A stretch of 64,000 nt of DNA, from contig JANPCW010000204.1 of the NCBI GenBank assembly GCA_031431155.1, positions 2,461 to 66,460 on the forward strand, written 5' to 3'. Numbering within the stretch: the first letter of the stretch is position 1; each line of letters begins with the position of its first letter. Below, piece after piece: positions 34,442-43,204 of the stretch. A program made the position numbers and the translations under genes. Source of the stretch: Janthinobacterium sp. GTDB taxonomy: Bacteria > Pseudomonadota > Gammaproteobacteria > Burkholderiales > Burkholderiaceae_D. The notes under the pieces are model-generated. The model worked only from the letters and a program-made list of their open reading frames with translations, was not told where the DNA came from and ran no database searches.

Positions 34442-35479
34442 TTAAGCCGACTCGCGGGTGCCCCAGTCTGCACTGCCGCGTAGCGCGTTCATCGCCGCTG
34501 CCGAAGCCGTCCCCGCGCTCTGCGCTGCCGCCTGCACCAGCGCGACGCGCGCTTTGATGTTCTCCGTGTACGCCGAGAGGTTCGCCTTGCGAATGTCCAC
34601 GTCGGCGTTTGCGTCGGCAATCGCCACCCTGGCGGGCAGTTCGACGGCTGAGATTTGGGCGTTGTAGAACGCAATCAGGGCTTGCGCCATTTTTGTCTTG
34701 GACTCGACCATTGATGTCGCAAGCTGGGCGCCGAGTTGCGGGCCAAGGGCGAGGGTCTTGATGTAATCCCCAGCCGACTGAATCGCCGCGATGCGCAGCG
34801 CCAGCGCCTTGTCGATGGCGAACTTGATGTTCTCGATTTCGATTTCGGCTTGCTTGATTGCCACGTCGCGCGACGCCTGGGCGATCTTGTCTCGGGCGTC
34901 TTGGTCAATGACCATGGCCTGATGGACCAACGCCCCAGGCGGAAGCGGGTAGCCCTTGGCCGCCCACATGGCGCTTGCTTCGTCCATGGCTCTTGCCGAA
35001 TCTCTCAGCACGCGCGAGCGGTCGCGCTGCCAGATTTGATCCTCCACCGTGGCATTCATCCCGGTGCCGCCGTTGACGATGGCGTTCTCCACCCAGGCCC
35101 TCGCCGCCGCCAGTTCAGCCCCCAGCGGGAAGTAGGTCGTGAAAAAGGTGGCCAAGCCGTTGCCAAGCAGCGCGGTGATTTCATCTGCCGTGCTTTGGTA
35201 CAGGGCGGTGAGTTGCGCTTCGGTGTAGTCGGTGATGTCTGGCGCGGGCGGGATGTCCAGCATCGCCGCGATGTCAACCTCGGTCGCTTGCGGGGCATTC
35301 GGGATCAGCGCCAGCGCAGCTTGCGTCTGCTCGTCCTGGCGGTTGAGCAGGATTTGCGCCAGACGAAGCTGCTCATTGAACACGCCCGTAACGAACGTCC
35401 CGCCAACCGCCGACCCAGCATAGGTGAAGGCCCAGTCGCCGCCGTCGCCGTTAAGGACGGGGAAAGGTTCTGTTGCCAT
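34442..35479 (-). CDS. internal virion protein (predominantly helical)
   Basis: ORF track entry. The composition is Ala-rich and helical, and the gene lies between a tail protein gene and the ejection protein genes. Confidence 0.55.
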   Translation of the reverse strand: MATEPFPVLNGDGGDWAFTYAGSAVGGTFVTGVFNEQLRLAQILLNRQDEQTQAALALIPNAPQATEVDIAAMLDIPPAPDITDYTEAQLTALYQSTADEITALLGNGLATFFTTYFPLGAELAAARAWVENAIVNGGTGMNATVEDQIWQRDRSRVLRDSARAMDEASAMWAAKGYPLPPGALVHQAMVIDQDARDKIAQASRDVAIKQAEIEIENIKFAIDKALALRIAAIQSAGDYIKTLALGPQLGAQLATSMVESKTKMAQALIAFYNAQISAVELPARVAIADANADVDIRKANLSAYTENIKARVALVQAAAQSAGTASAAAMNALRGSADWGTRESA

Positions 35480-37737
35480 TATCTGACTCTCCTTGTGAGG
35501 ACCGCTGGCGTGAACTCAATCGAATCGAGTTCAAAGTCGGCGCCGACCTCGTTGAATAGCTCGAACGTGAAGTAGTTTGCAATCAGCCCTTTGCCGATTT
35601 TAATTCGCTGCGCTTGCAGGAAATCCTCGTTCCTGTTTGTCTGGTAGGTGTGGGTCACGCCATTGGCGGTCACTTGCAGGTACAGGTCGCCAGAGGACGA
35701 TGCGCCGATGTAGCAGTTCGGGATCGACTTCTTGGCCGAAGTGCCGAAGTCATGCTTGCCAAAGTTCACCGATGACCGGATGGGGGATGCCCCGTCACCG
35801 TCGCCTTCGAGCAGGTACACCCCGTCGGGCTTCACGCCGTAGCTTGCGCCACGGAATTGGGCGAAGCTGTTGAAGTCATAGCTCTCATAGGCAACCGAGG
35901 CGCCGGTTTCATCGTTCACCACCCAGACCTCCGCATCCTCCGCGTACACCGGGATGCCCGCGAACACCTGGGCCTCGAACTCCATCACGGCTTGCATGAT
36001 GGCGCTGTAGGTCATGGTGACGGTGCCTTCGATGGTGTCCTGGACCGCTGCGTCCAAGATCGTCAGCGTCGCCAAGGTGGAAGACCCGGTGATGCTGGAG
36101 TACATCGACACGTCGATCTGCCCGTAGAAGGTGATCGTGCTGGTCGGAACAACAAGCTCGCGCATGGCAGCCTGGGTGTTCCCCTCAAGCCCGCTGGCGC
36201 TCACAGTCAGCGGCAAGAACGACATGACGGCCTGGGCATACTTCCCGCTAGTCTTCTGGCTCGCCATCATTTCCAGTGGCTTGAAGCTCATGTACCCGCC
36301 GACCCCGTACCACACACTGAATGCCCCAAGCGGCTGGTTCGTGCTGCTGGTCATCGTGTAGGTGCCCGCTGCCGCAGCAGTCGTGGTTGTCGATCCGCTC
36401 TGGAAGTTCCCGCCTATAGGAGCCCCAGGCGCTGCGCCTGTTCCAGACACGGTGATGCTGCCGTTGGCGTTGAACGTGATTGTCTGGGTCTGAACGGAGC
36501 CGTTGGGCAGCGTCATGGTGATGACGACGGAGCCGGTTGTCGGCTCGTTCGGGCTCGACACGATGGTCAACAGCCCGTCCTCAATCGTCCCCGTTCGCAC
36601 TTCACCAGAAGGGAAAGTGATGCTCACCACGATTCCAGGCGCACCGCTAAGGATGACGGTGATCGCGCCAGTGATGTAGCCGCGCTCGACGCTGGTTGAC
36701 ACCTTCGCCGTCGTCTGGATTGACGACCCGAGGGCGCTCAAAGTCAGTGGTGCGAAGCTCATGGCTGCGATGGCGTAGGTCGGCACCAGATCAGCCGCCT
36801 CTTCCGCGCTGACGGTCAGTTCCTCGAACGACATCACAGCGCCATTGATACGCCCCGCCACACCAGCATTCATCGCCAGTGGCAAGAACGACATGGAGCC
36901 GGTCGAAGGCTTCGTGCCGACGTACTCGTCAGTGAGGGTCAGGCGTTCTGTCACGCCGCGCGTGTAGGGCGACGCCTCTGTGGTGGTGTTTTCCTTGGCG
37001 CTCAGTTCAAGCGCCTCGAACATCATCACGTTGTTGATGACTGGGGTATCGACGTAATCCCCGCCTGCGTACAGAGCAGCCGTCAGGAACACGCGGCCGG
37101 TGCTTTGCAATGCGCTCTGATGGACCACGCTCGCGCCGATAGCGTAGCGCACGACATTGTTCATGCGGCTGATCGACAACTCCGTGCCAGAAGCCACCGC
37201 TCCGACGTAGGCAATCTCGATGCCTTTTTCATAGATGCGGGCAATGCCGTGCGTGACGTAGAAGCCGTGCTCGATGTCCTGATAAATTCCGCGCCGCGCG
37301 TTCTCGCGCGCAAGCCCGGTCACGCTCCCGATGGTGCCGGGGTTGACGGTGAAGCGGGCGATGCCGTGGCGGTCAAAGTACCTGACTGACCCAGCACCAG
37401 CGTTCCAGCCCAGATTGAAGTCATAGGTGACTTGGTACGCGCCTGCTGGCTGGCCGGGAGTTGGGGCGACGCCGGGGTCGTAGGGGTAATAGGTTGGAAC
37501 AAGCTGGCGCTTGCATTCGTATGGTCCTACCACGCCGCTTGTCGGGTAGATAGGAATGTGCCGCCATGTGCCATCCGGGTCTTGCGCCCAGGTATAGACG
37601 ACATCACGGTACTTGCACACCGTCGCGTAAGCCCAGGACGTGTAGGCATTGCGCGCCGGGTATCCGGGGCTTGCGACGATGCCAGGGCTCCCCGGCGTGT
37701 AGGTTGCCTTGACGTTCTTGAGAAGTTGATTCGTCAT
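35479..37737 (-). CDS. large tail structural protein (nozzle/tubular-like, tentative)
   Basis: This is a 752-aa ORF with five copies of an MSFxPL motif. The C-terminus is NYFTFELFNEVGADFELDSIEF. The gene order resembles that of a T7-like tail module. Confidence 0.55.
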   Translation of the reverse strand: MTNQLLKNVKATYTPGSPGIVASPGYPARNAYTSWAYATVCKYRDVVYTWAQDPDGTWRHIPIYPTSGVVGPYECKRQLVPTYYPYDPGVAPTPGQPAGAYQVTYDFNLGWNAGAGSVRYFDRHGIARFTVNPGTIGSVTGLARENARRGIYQDIEHGFYVTHGIARIYEKGIEIAYVGAVASGTELSISRMNNVVRYAIGASVVHQSALQSTGRVFLTAALYAGGDYVDTPVINNVMMFEALELSAKENTTTEASPYTRGVTERLTLTDEYVGTKPSTGSMSFLPLAMNAGVAGRINGAVMSFEELTVSAEEAADLVPTYAIAAMSFAPLTLSALGSSIQTTAKVSTSVERGYITGAITVILSGAPGIVVSITFPSGEVRTGTIEDGLLTIVSSPNEPTTGSVVITMTLPNGSVQTQTITFNANGSITVSGTGAAPGAPIGGNFQSGSTTTTAAAAGTYTMTSSTNQPLGAFSVWYGVGGYMSFKPLEMMASQKTSGKYAQAVMSFLPLTVSASGLEGNTQAAMRELVVPTSTITFYGQIDVSMYSSITGSSTLATLTILDAAVQDTIEGTVTMTYSAIMQAVMEFEAQVFAGIPVYAEDAEVWVVNDETGASVAYESYDFNSFAQFRGASYGVKPDGVYLLEGDGDGASPIRSSVNFGKHDFGTSAKKSIPNCYIGASSSGDLYLQVTANGVTHTYQTNRNEDFLQAQRIKIGKGLIANYFTFELFNEVGADFELDSIEFTPAVLTRRVR

Positions 37738-38468
37738 TCGATTTCTCGTGTGCCGTCGTGACCTGCCCAGAACAAGTTGCCCAAGGTTCCGGCGCGGAAC
37801 TCTTTGATCGTGATGCCTGGAGCAAGGCCGTCACTGGTGAATTGGCGCAAGCCGAGCCCAACCCATGTCTGAACGTTCGCGCGCCAGGAACCGGTCATCG
37901 TGCGTGAAATCTTCGACACCCCATCAACAAACACGGTAGCAACGTCACCGCGGCACTCCACGCGCAGGGTGTGATCGCCAAAGGTGCCACCGGCCACGTT
38001 GTAGTTTCCAGAGCCGGTAAACAGATTGCCTTCGTCCCCAATGTCGATTTGTTCGTTGGAAGCGCCGTTTACCGGCGTCCACGTCACGCGCCCGTAGTCA
38101 CTATTTTCCGCCCCGTAAGCTGGGTTCGGTTGTGTCTTGATCTTGAAGTACAGATTGACGAATCCGACATCATCGTTCGCGCCAATGTTGACATCGACCT
38201 CCACGAAGTAATCCACCAAGTTAAGCGGGGTTGCGCACCACGCATCGGATGTCCCCTCGTTGTGAGGCTCAGTCGCCGCCCCTGAACCGTTCAGACGCAA
38301 GTAGCTATTCGTGTTGCCCTCATACCACTTGTCGCCAGTCTCGGAAACGTGGTCGTTCGGCCCGACCAGTCCTTGGCTATTCTGCACATGCACATTCCCG
38401 CGATACAGCGGTGCGACCGGCGTGCCACCTGCGGTGCCGACGAACGAATCTTGGATGATGGTGGTCAT
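37734..38468 (-). CDS. putative ConA-like lectin/LamG-fold protein
   Basis: HTLRVECRGDVATVFVDGV and the overall beta-rich pattern suggest this fold. The assignment is tentative and made by eye. Confidence 0.35.
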   Translation of the reverse strand: MTTIIQDSFVGTAGGTPVAPLYRGNVHVQNSQGLVGPNDHVSETGDKWYEGNTNSYLRLNGSGAATEPHNEGTSDAWCATPLNLVDYFVEVDVNIGANDDVGFVNLYFKIKTQPNPAYGAENSDYGRVTWTPVNGASNEQIDIGDEGNLFTGSGNYNVAGGTFGDHTLRVECRGDVATVFVDGVSKISRTMTGSWRANVQTWVGLGLRQFTSDGLAPGITIKEFRAGTLGNLFWAGHDGTREIE

Positions 38469-40078
38469 GGCTGGTCAAACTCTCCAGGGAATGCTGGAAA
38501 GACGTAGGGCTTTCGAGCGCCGCCAAAGTTGGTGAAGAACACATTGAAGTCCGGGTCCGCCGTTTCGTCCAGCCCGTTCCCAGGCGGCTTGAGTGAAGTC
38601 ACTTGCTTGAATTCAGTGAAGTCTCCGTCGGTGCTGAAAAACACCAGCTTGTCCAGATCGTAGTCTGGCACGGCGAAGACGATTTTGCCCTTGTTATCCG
38701 CGTCCACATAGGGCTCTATCACCGCGCCGAAGTTGGACAGGTTGTTGTCGTTCATGCGCCCAGGCAGCACGCCTGAGAAATTCCAGGTCGAGCCGTAGTC
38801 GCGCGTGAACATGATCTTGTTGTCGGTGCCGTCACGCCGAACAGGCATATACATGCACCCGTCGCCAAAACCAAACTGGCACGTCCGAAGGTCGTTGGTG
38901 TAGCCAAAGAACCGCAGGTAATCGCCTCCGAGCGAAGCACCGTTGGAACTGGTGAACCAATCATCCGGGGGCCATGTGATCCTGGCATAGCCAGCCCCAT
39001 CAGTCCCGAGGAACGCCATCGGCCCGAAGCGCGCGTCAGGTGGTGTGTCCATTGGGTCGCCCATCATGTCCTTGAACCCATTGGAAATTATCAGCAGCGA
39101 CTTGCCCTGCCCGAGATAGACGATCAGCGAACTGAATGCCAAGCCCGTGAGTTGCAGGTTTTCGTAGTAGGCACGGTCTGGGCCATCAATCGGGTACTCG
39201 AACAGGTATGTAGTCAGGAACGCAGCAGCGGCAGAGGCCCAGGTGTCGCCGTGATCGGTCGAGTTCACAAGGTATGGCGCGACCTTCGGCAGCACCAGGG
39301 TATCGTCTTCCTCCACCACATGAATGCCTTGAAGCCTGCCCAGGCCAATCACGAACGGCGCGAAGGCGATGTTGTTGCGCCCCGCGCTATACACGGGGGC
39401 GACCTGAGTCATGGTCTGCGTCCCGGTGTCACCCACATAGAAGATCGGCACCCGGTTGTCAACGTGCGGCGAGCCAGTCCAGTAGGTTGCGGCCAGCCCG
39501 AAGCGATACCGCTTCGTGTCGTCGTCCCATCCCGAGCAAGTAAAGTAGAAGGTGTGCAGGTCGGTGAGCAAGCCGCTGATCTGGATGTCATCAATGAAGG
39601 TGGTCGAGCGGCCCATTCTCTCGGGGTCGCTGGCAAGGTACTGCGCCCAGGACAAGGCCTGCATCATCACGGGCCAATGTGTCACTGCGTCGGTGTCTGC
39701 GCCGATGTCGTTCAGGTTGCTGAACAGCGCCAGGACGAATCCGTCGCCCACATAGGGCAGGCGCGCGAGCGTTGGATTCGCCGCCAGTGTGCCCAGCAGG
39801 TAGAACGGCGTCAGCTTGGTGATGCGGCCAGATTCGTCATCGTCGATGTCGATAGCAGCCGGAAAAATGGCCGCTGAATTGAGTTTGTAGAGCCCGATCA
39901 GTGACGGCTCACCGACGAACACTTCGCTCTCGTAGAACCCGTTCTTCTTGTACGTCCTCGACCCCGGAGACTCCTTCGTCAGGAACGGCGTATTTACCCG
40001 TGCGAGCGCATCCCGGTCGCCCTGCGAGCCACGGGCGTAACCATTGCGCTCCCTGGTGAAGTCATTCGGGTACTTCAT
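38465..40078 (-). CDS. BNR/Asp-box repeat (sialidase-like beta-propeller) protein, putative tailspike or receptor-binding protein
   Basis: Asp-boxes are STDHGDTW (39239-39262) and TRDYGSTW (38783-38806). A degenerate third box is STDGDFTEF. Confidence 0.55.
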   Translation of the reverse strand: MKYPNDFTRERNGYARGSQGDRDALARVNTPFLTKESPGSRTYKKNGFYESEVFVGEPSLIGLYKLNSAAIFPAAIDIDDDESGRITKLTPFYLLGTLAANPTLARLPYVGDGFVLALFSNLNDIGADTDAVTHWPVMMQALSWAQYLASDPERMGRSTTFIDDIQISGLLTDLHTFYFTCSGWDDDTKRYRFGLAATYWTGSPHVDNRVPIFYVGDTGTQTMTQVAPVYSAGRNNIAFAPFVIGLGRLQGIHVVEEDDTLVLPKVAPYLVNSTDHGDTWASAAAAFLTTYLFEYPIDGPDRAYYENLQLTGLAFSSLIVYLGQGKSLLIISNGFKDMMGDPMDTPPDARFGPMAFLGTDGAGYARITWPPDDWFTSSNGASLGGDYLRFFGYTNDLRTCQFGFGDGCMYMPVRRDGTDNKIMFTRDYGSTWNFSGVLPGRMNDNNLSNFGAVIEPYVDADNKGKIVFAVPDYDLDKLVFFSTDGDFTEFKQVTSLKPPGNGLDETADPDFNVFFTNFGGARKPYVFPAFPGEFDQP

Positions 40079-40102
40079 AACGCCCCCGTTCAGGGCAGAG
40101 GA

Positions 40103-40540
40103 TTACAGCGTCGGCAACGCGATGCTGAAATAGTCGATGGTGCGCGAAGCCGCAGCAGTGAACGTGGTCGATTCCAAGTTCAGGTCAGCGCCAGCCGTGC
40201 CGACGGACATCTGAATCCGGCGCTCCGTGGTGGACACGCCACCCGTGTCAGATGCCAGTACCACCAATCGGCCGTAGCCGGCCGTGCCGCTTGCGTTGCA
40301 GCTTGAGTCCTGCCACGTTTCCGCAGCCTTCGACAACACGCCGCCCGAGGCTGACGGGCCGAGGCTCAATCCCGTGCCGCCACCGCTGACAGTGAACTCG
40401 GCGAGCAGCGTGCCGGTGACGGCCGCATCCGCCGTGGCAGGCTCCGCGCCCGTATAGATGCGCAGCACGGCCAGGGCGAGGCCTGCCTTGACAGAGCCGG
40501 TATCGAGTGCGTAGTTTCTTAGACCTGTTGAGGCGCGCAT
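40103..40540 (-). CDS. hypothetical small virion protein
   Basis: ORF track entry for a beta-rich, Gly/Thr/Ala-rich protein. Confidence 0.6.
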   Translation of the reverse strand: MRASTGLRNYALDTGSVKAGLALAVLRIYTGAEPATADAAVTGTLLAEFTVSGGGTGLSLGPSASGGVLSKAAETWQDSSCNASGTAGYGRLVVLASDTGGVSTTERRIQMSVGTAGADLNLESTTFTAAASRTIDYFSIALPTL

Positions 40541-40541
40541 T

Positions 40542-40762
40542 TCATTTCTCCTGTGGTTGACCGGACCAAATGCGTCCGGCGATTACTTTGCAAATTGTGC
40601 TACCACTCACGCCGAACTCGGCAGCCAATGTGGCCTGTGTGACTGTGCCGCTGGAAAACCTGGCTCGAATTTCACGCGCCAACGTGACTCGAAGCTGGAA
40701 GCCGAGCCGATATACCGCTTGCCATCCAAGCGGTTGGTGATTGAATATATGCCGGTTTCCAT
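40542..40762 (-). pseudogene. decayed GIY-YIG homing endonuclease
   Basis: Hand translation from the ATG at 40762 gives METGIYSITNRLDGKRYIGSASSFESRW (canonical GIY..YIG), then nonsense and a stop at 40607. A shifted frame continues as AREIRARFSSGTVTQATLAAEFGVSGSTICKVIAGRIWSG (a typical HEase C-terminal HTH), with a stop at 40542-40544. The nuclease core between them is missing. Confidence 0.7.
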
Positions 40763-41268
40763 CACGCAGAAATGAGGGTGAAGCCGGCCGTCACGCGCAG
40801 CACTTCGTCGTCGGCCAGTGGTTTCGGCGAAGCAAATCTCACCGCCGACAACAGGGTGCCAGACGTTGCACCCTTGGCGGATGCCGATGTGATGAAGCCG
40901 CCATAGATCGTGACTGTGGTGTTTATGGTGAACTCGGCCCGCGACGCTGAATTGTCCACAGCGCCGGCAGCCACCGTGCCGAACACCAGAATCTCGCGCG
41001 TGGCCTCGTCATAGGCAGAACTCTCCGTCGCCGAACCTGGGAACGTAGCGGCGGTGTCGCCGTTGACGGGCGTGTAGTTGCCGCTGAACAGGCCCATGTA
41101 CCACGATGTCACCTGGGCGCCGCCCTTCAACTCGGTGTTGAGAAGGTGGTTCAGGCCTTCGGTGGGCATCAGGTTTTTGATGACCTCCGAGTCGCGCACG
41201 TTGCCGGCCTTGTCGATCACTTCGATCAGGTAGGTGAATGCGGCCTTCATTTCGTCTTTTGCTTGCAT
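40762..41268 (-). CDS. hypothetical small virion protein
   Basis: ORF track entry. Its C-terminal domain is similar to that of CDS 15443-16270. Confidence 0.6.
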   Translation of the reverse strand: MQAKDEMKAAFTYLIEVIDKAGNVRDSEVIKNLMPTEGLNHLLNTELKGGAQVTSWYMGLFSGNYTPVNGDTAATFPGSATESSAYDEATREILVFGTVAAGAVDNSASRAEFTINTTVTIYGGFITSASAKGATSGTLLSAVRFASPKPLADDEVLRVTAGFTLISA

Positions 41269-41283
41269 GATTTGCTCCTGAGT

Positions 41284-42540
41284 TTATAGCGGCGTCGCTG
41301 CTTTGCGCACGATTTCGCCGCTCATGTATGAATAGGCGGCGGCGCCGGTTTGTTCCACACCAAAGCCCGCTGCAACGATCTGTTTCATGCCATCGCGTTC
41401 TCGGTAGTATGAGGCTCCCGAGACGGCTGCATTCAAGGCGAGATTCTTTTCCTGGACGTTGTTCAATGAACCGTCGGCTGCGGTGACAACCACCCCCCGG
41501 TCGGACATCCAGAAGGCGCGCTCGCTGTCAGGCGTCATCCCGCCCGTGCGCGCGACGCCGCCATAGGGCAGCACTTCGTCGGCCTTTGCGGTGGCGATGT
41601 CGCCAGTGAAGCGGTACGTCAGCTTTTCCGTGGCGATGTAGGTGTGATCCGGGGTGCATTCGACCACGGTGATTGGGTCGGCGAACGGGATGAAGTTGCG
41701 CGAGGGCCGGTACAGGCCCAGGGCATACGGGTCCGAATAGAACAGGAACCGCCCAACAGCAACGAGCAGGCGGCCCGAGCCATAGCGCACGATTTCCCCG
41801 GCCGGCATGGGCGCGAGCAGCGCCGTCTGGCTTCGGCCTTGAAGCTGGGGCATGGTGGCAATGGTCAGGCTCGCCTGCGGCGCGATCAGCGCCCTGGCGA
41901 GAAACAATTGGTCGCCGTTGACCGGGCTCATAAACACCAGGATGCCCGTGATTCCCGTCGGGAAGGCCGCTGGCAGGCCCGAAATGATGATGCCCTGCCC
42001 AGCCACCACTTCGACCTGTTGGATGATCGTGGCGGCCGATTGCGCCAGTTGCACGTCATGGTAGGCAAGGCAGACTTGGTACAGGCCGGCAGCGAGCGAT
42101 CCAACCCCGCCAGCAGTCACCACGGGCTCCGGGTTGATCGTCGGAAGGGACAGGGCCTTGTCCACGCCGCCAACGACGCGCCGCAGCACAGAGCCGTCGG
42201 TGAAGATGACCTCGCCATTGGCATTGGTGTAGGACAGGCGCGCGCCCGGCGCGATGCCGGTTCGGACCTGGGTTTTGGTTGGGGCGTCCCGCTCGCCCGA
42301 GAGGGAATAGAGAACCGTGCCGTCAACAAAGAAGGACTGGTCCGCGCCGGACCAAAGGGAATGGCAGTCGGACCCGGCGACAACTTTCTCGGAGCCCAGG
42401 CGGCGCTTGATGGTTCCGTGCGCCGTCATGTCCACGTTCACGGCAGAGCGCAGGAAGGCGCCCTTCACGCGAGACAGTTCTTGGTCTTGCAGGCGGTTGT
42501 TCACCCCGAGGGTGAAGGGACCGAGTTTTTTCGGCTCCAT
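41284..42540 (-). CDS. tail/adaptor structural protein (tentative)
   Basis: This is a 418-aa ORF in the tail module. I recognise no diagnostic motif. Confidence 0.5.
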   Translation of the reverse strand: MEPKKLGPFTLGVNNRLQDQELSRVKGAFLRSAVNVDMTAHGTIKRRLGSEKVVAGSDCHSLWSGADQSFFVDGTVLYSLSGERDAPTKTQVRTGIAPGARLSYTNANGEVIFTDGSVLRRVVGGVDKALSLPTINPEPVVTAGGVGSLAAGLYQVCLAYHDVQLAQSAATIIQQVEVVAGQGIIISGLPAAFPTGITGILVFMSPVNGDQLFLARALIAPQASLTIATMPQLQGRSQTALLAPMPAGEIVRYGSGRLLVAVGRFLFYSDPYALGLYRPSRNFIPFADPITVVECTPDHTYIATEKLTYRFTGDIATAKADEVLPYGGVARTGGMTPDSERAFWMSDRGVVVTAADGSLNNVQEKNLALNAAVSGASYYRERDGMKQIVAAGFGVEQTGAAAYSYMSGEIVRKAATPL

Positions 42541-43203
42541 CTAAAAGTTCCCTTCAGCCTCGATGAAGTCGTGCTCGCGCTCCAGCCACAATTCATCAAT
42601 CGCACTGCTGCGCTTGCCGAACTCAGCCTCGAACTCGGCGAGGAAGGCGCCGGCTTTTTTCAGGTCGATGGTTTCCGCGTCCTGCTTCGAGTAGGCCCGA
42701 TACAGCATCCACGGGACCAAGTTCAGATGGAAGCGCGAGCGGATTTCAGGCTCGTCCTGGGCGGCGGCCATGTCCTCCAGCGGGAGCCGGGTGATGGTGA
42801 GATTCACCACACCAACAGCCGTCGGGATCGGGTAGGGCCTGAACATCAGGTTGTCCATGTCCGGGATGTAGCCGCGCGGCTCGCCCGTCTCGTCTTCCCA
42901 TCCTGGGCAGGTTTCGTCCAGGTCTTGGAAGCTCACTCGGCGCAGCACGGGCGCCCGCCCTACCAACTTGGCACGGCGGATAAACAGCACCTTTTCATGC
43001 AGTTCATAGGTTGGGTCGGCGATTGCCAGGGTGATCCGGCAGCACTCAAGCGTGGTCGAGTCGATGATGAGGCGCGCGCGCCGGCACGCCTCGCGCTCTG
43101 CTTCGTTGGCCCAGGACGTGAACTCCGCGTCCGACCAAAGCGACGGGGTTGCGTTGTCGTTCGCCCGGCTGCGCGCTTCTGCAAGTAGTTCGCCAAGGTT
43201 CAT
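42541..43203 (-). CDS. hypothetical head-tail joining protein (tentative)
   Basis: This is a 220-aa ORF between the capsid-proximal genes and the tail genes. Confidence 0.45.
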   Translation of the reverse strand: MNLGELLAEARSRANDNATPSLWSDAEFTSWANEAEREACRRARLIIDSTTLECCRITLAIADPTYELHEKVLFIRRAKLVGRAPVLRRVSFQDLDETCPGWEDETGEPRGYIPDMDNLMFRPYPIPTAVGVVNLTITRLPLEDMAAAQDEPEIRSRFHLNLVPWMLYRAYSKQDAETIDLKKAGAFLAEFEAEFGKRSSAIDELWLEREHDFIEAEGNF

Positions 43204-43204
43204 G

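Noticed and set aside
41644-43188. 514-aa plus-strand ORF
   Set aside because: It is antisense to two co-linear structural genes. Its composition is Arg/Gly/Ala/His-rich, as is typical of shadow ORFs in high-GC DNA.
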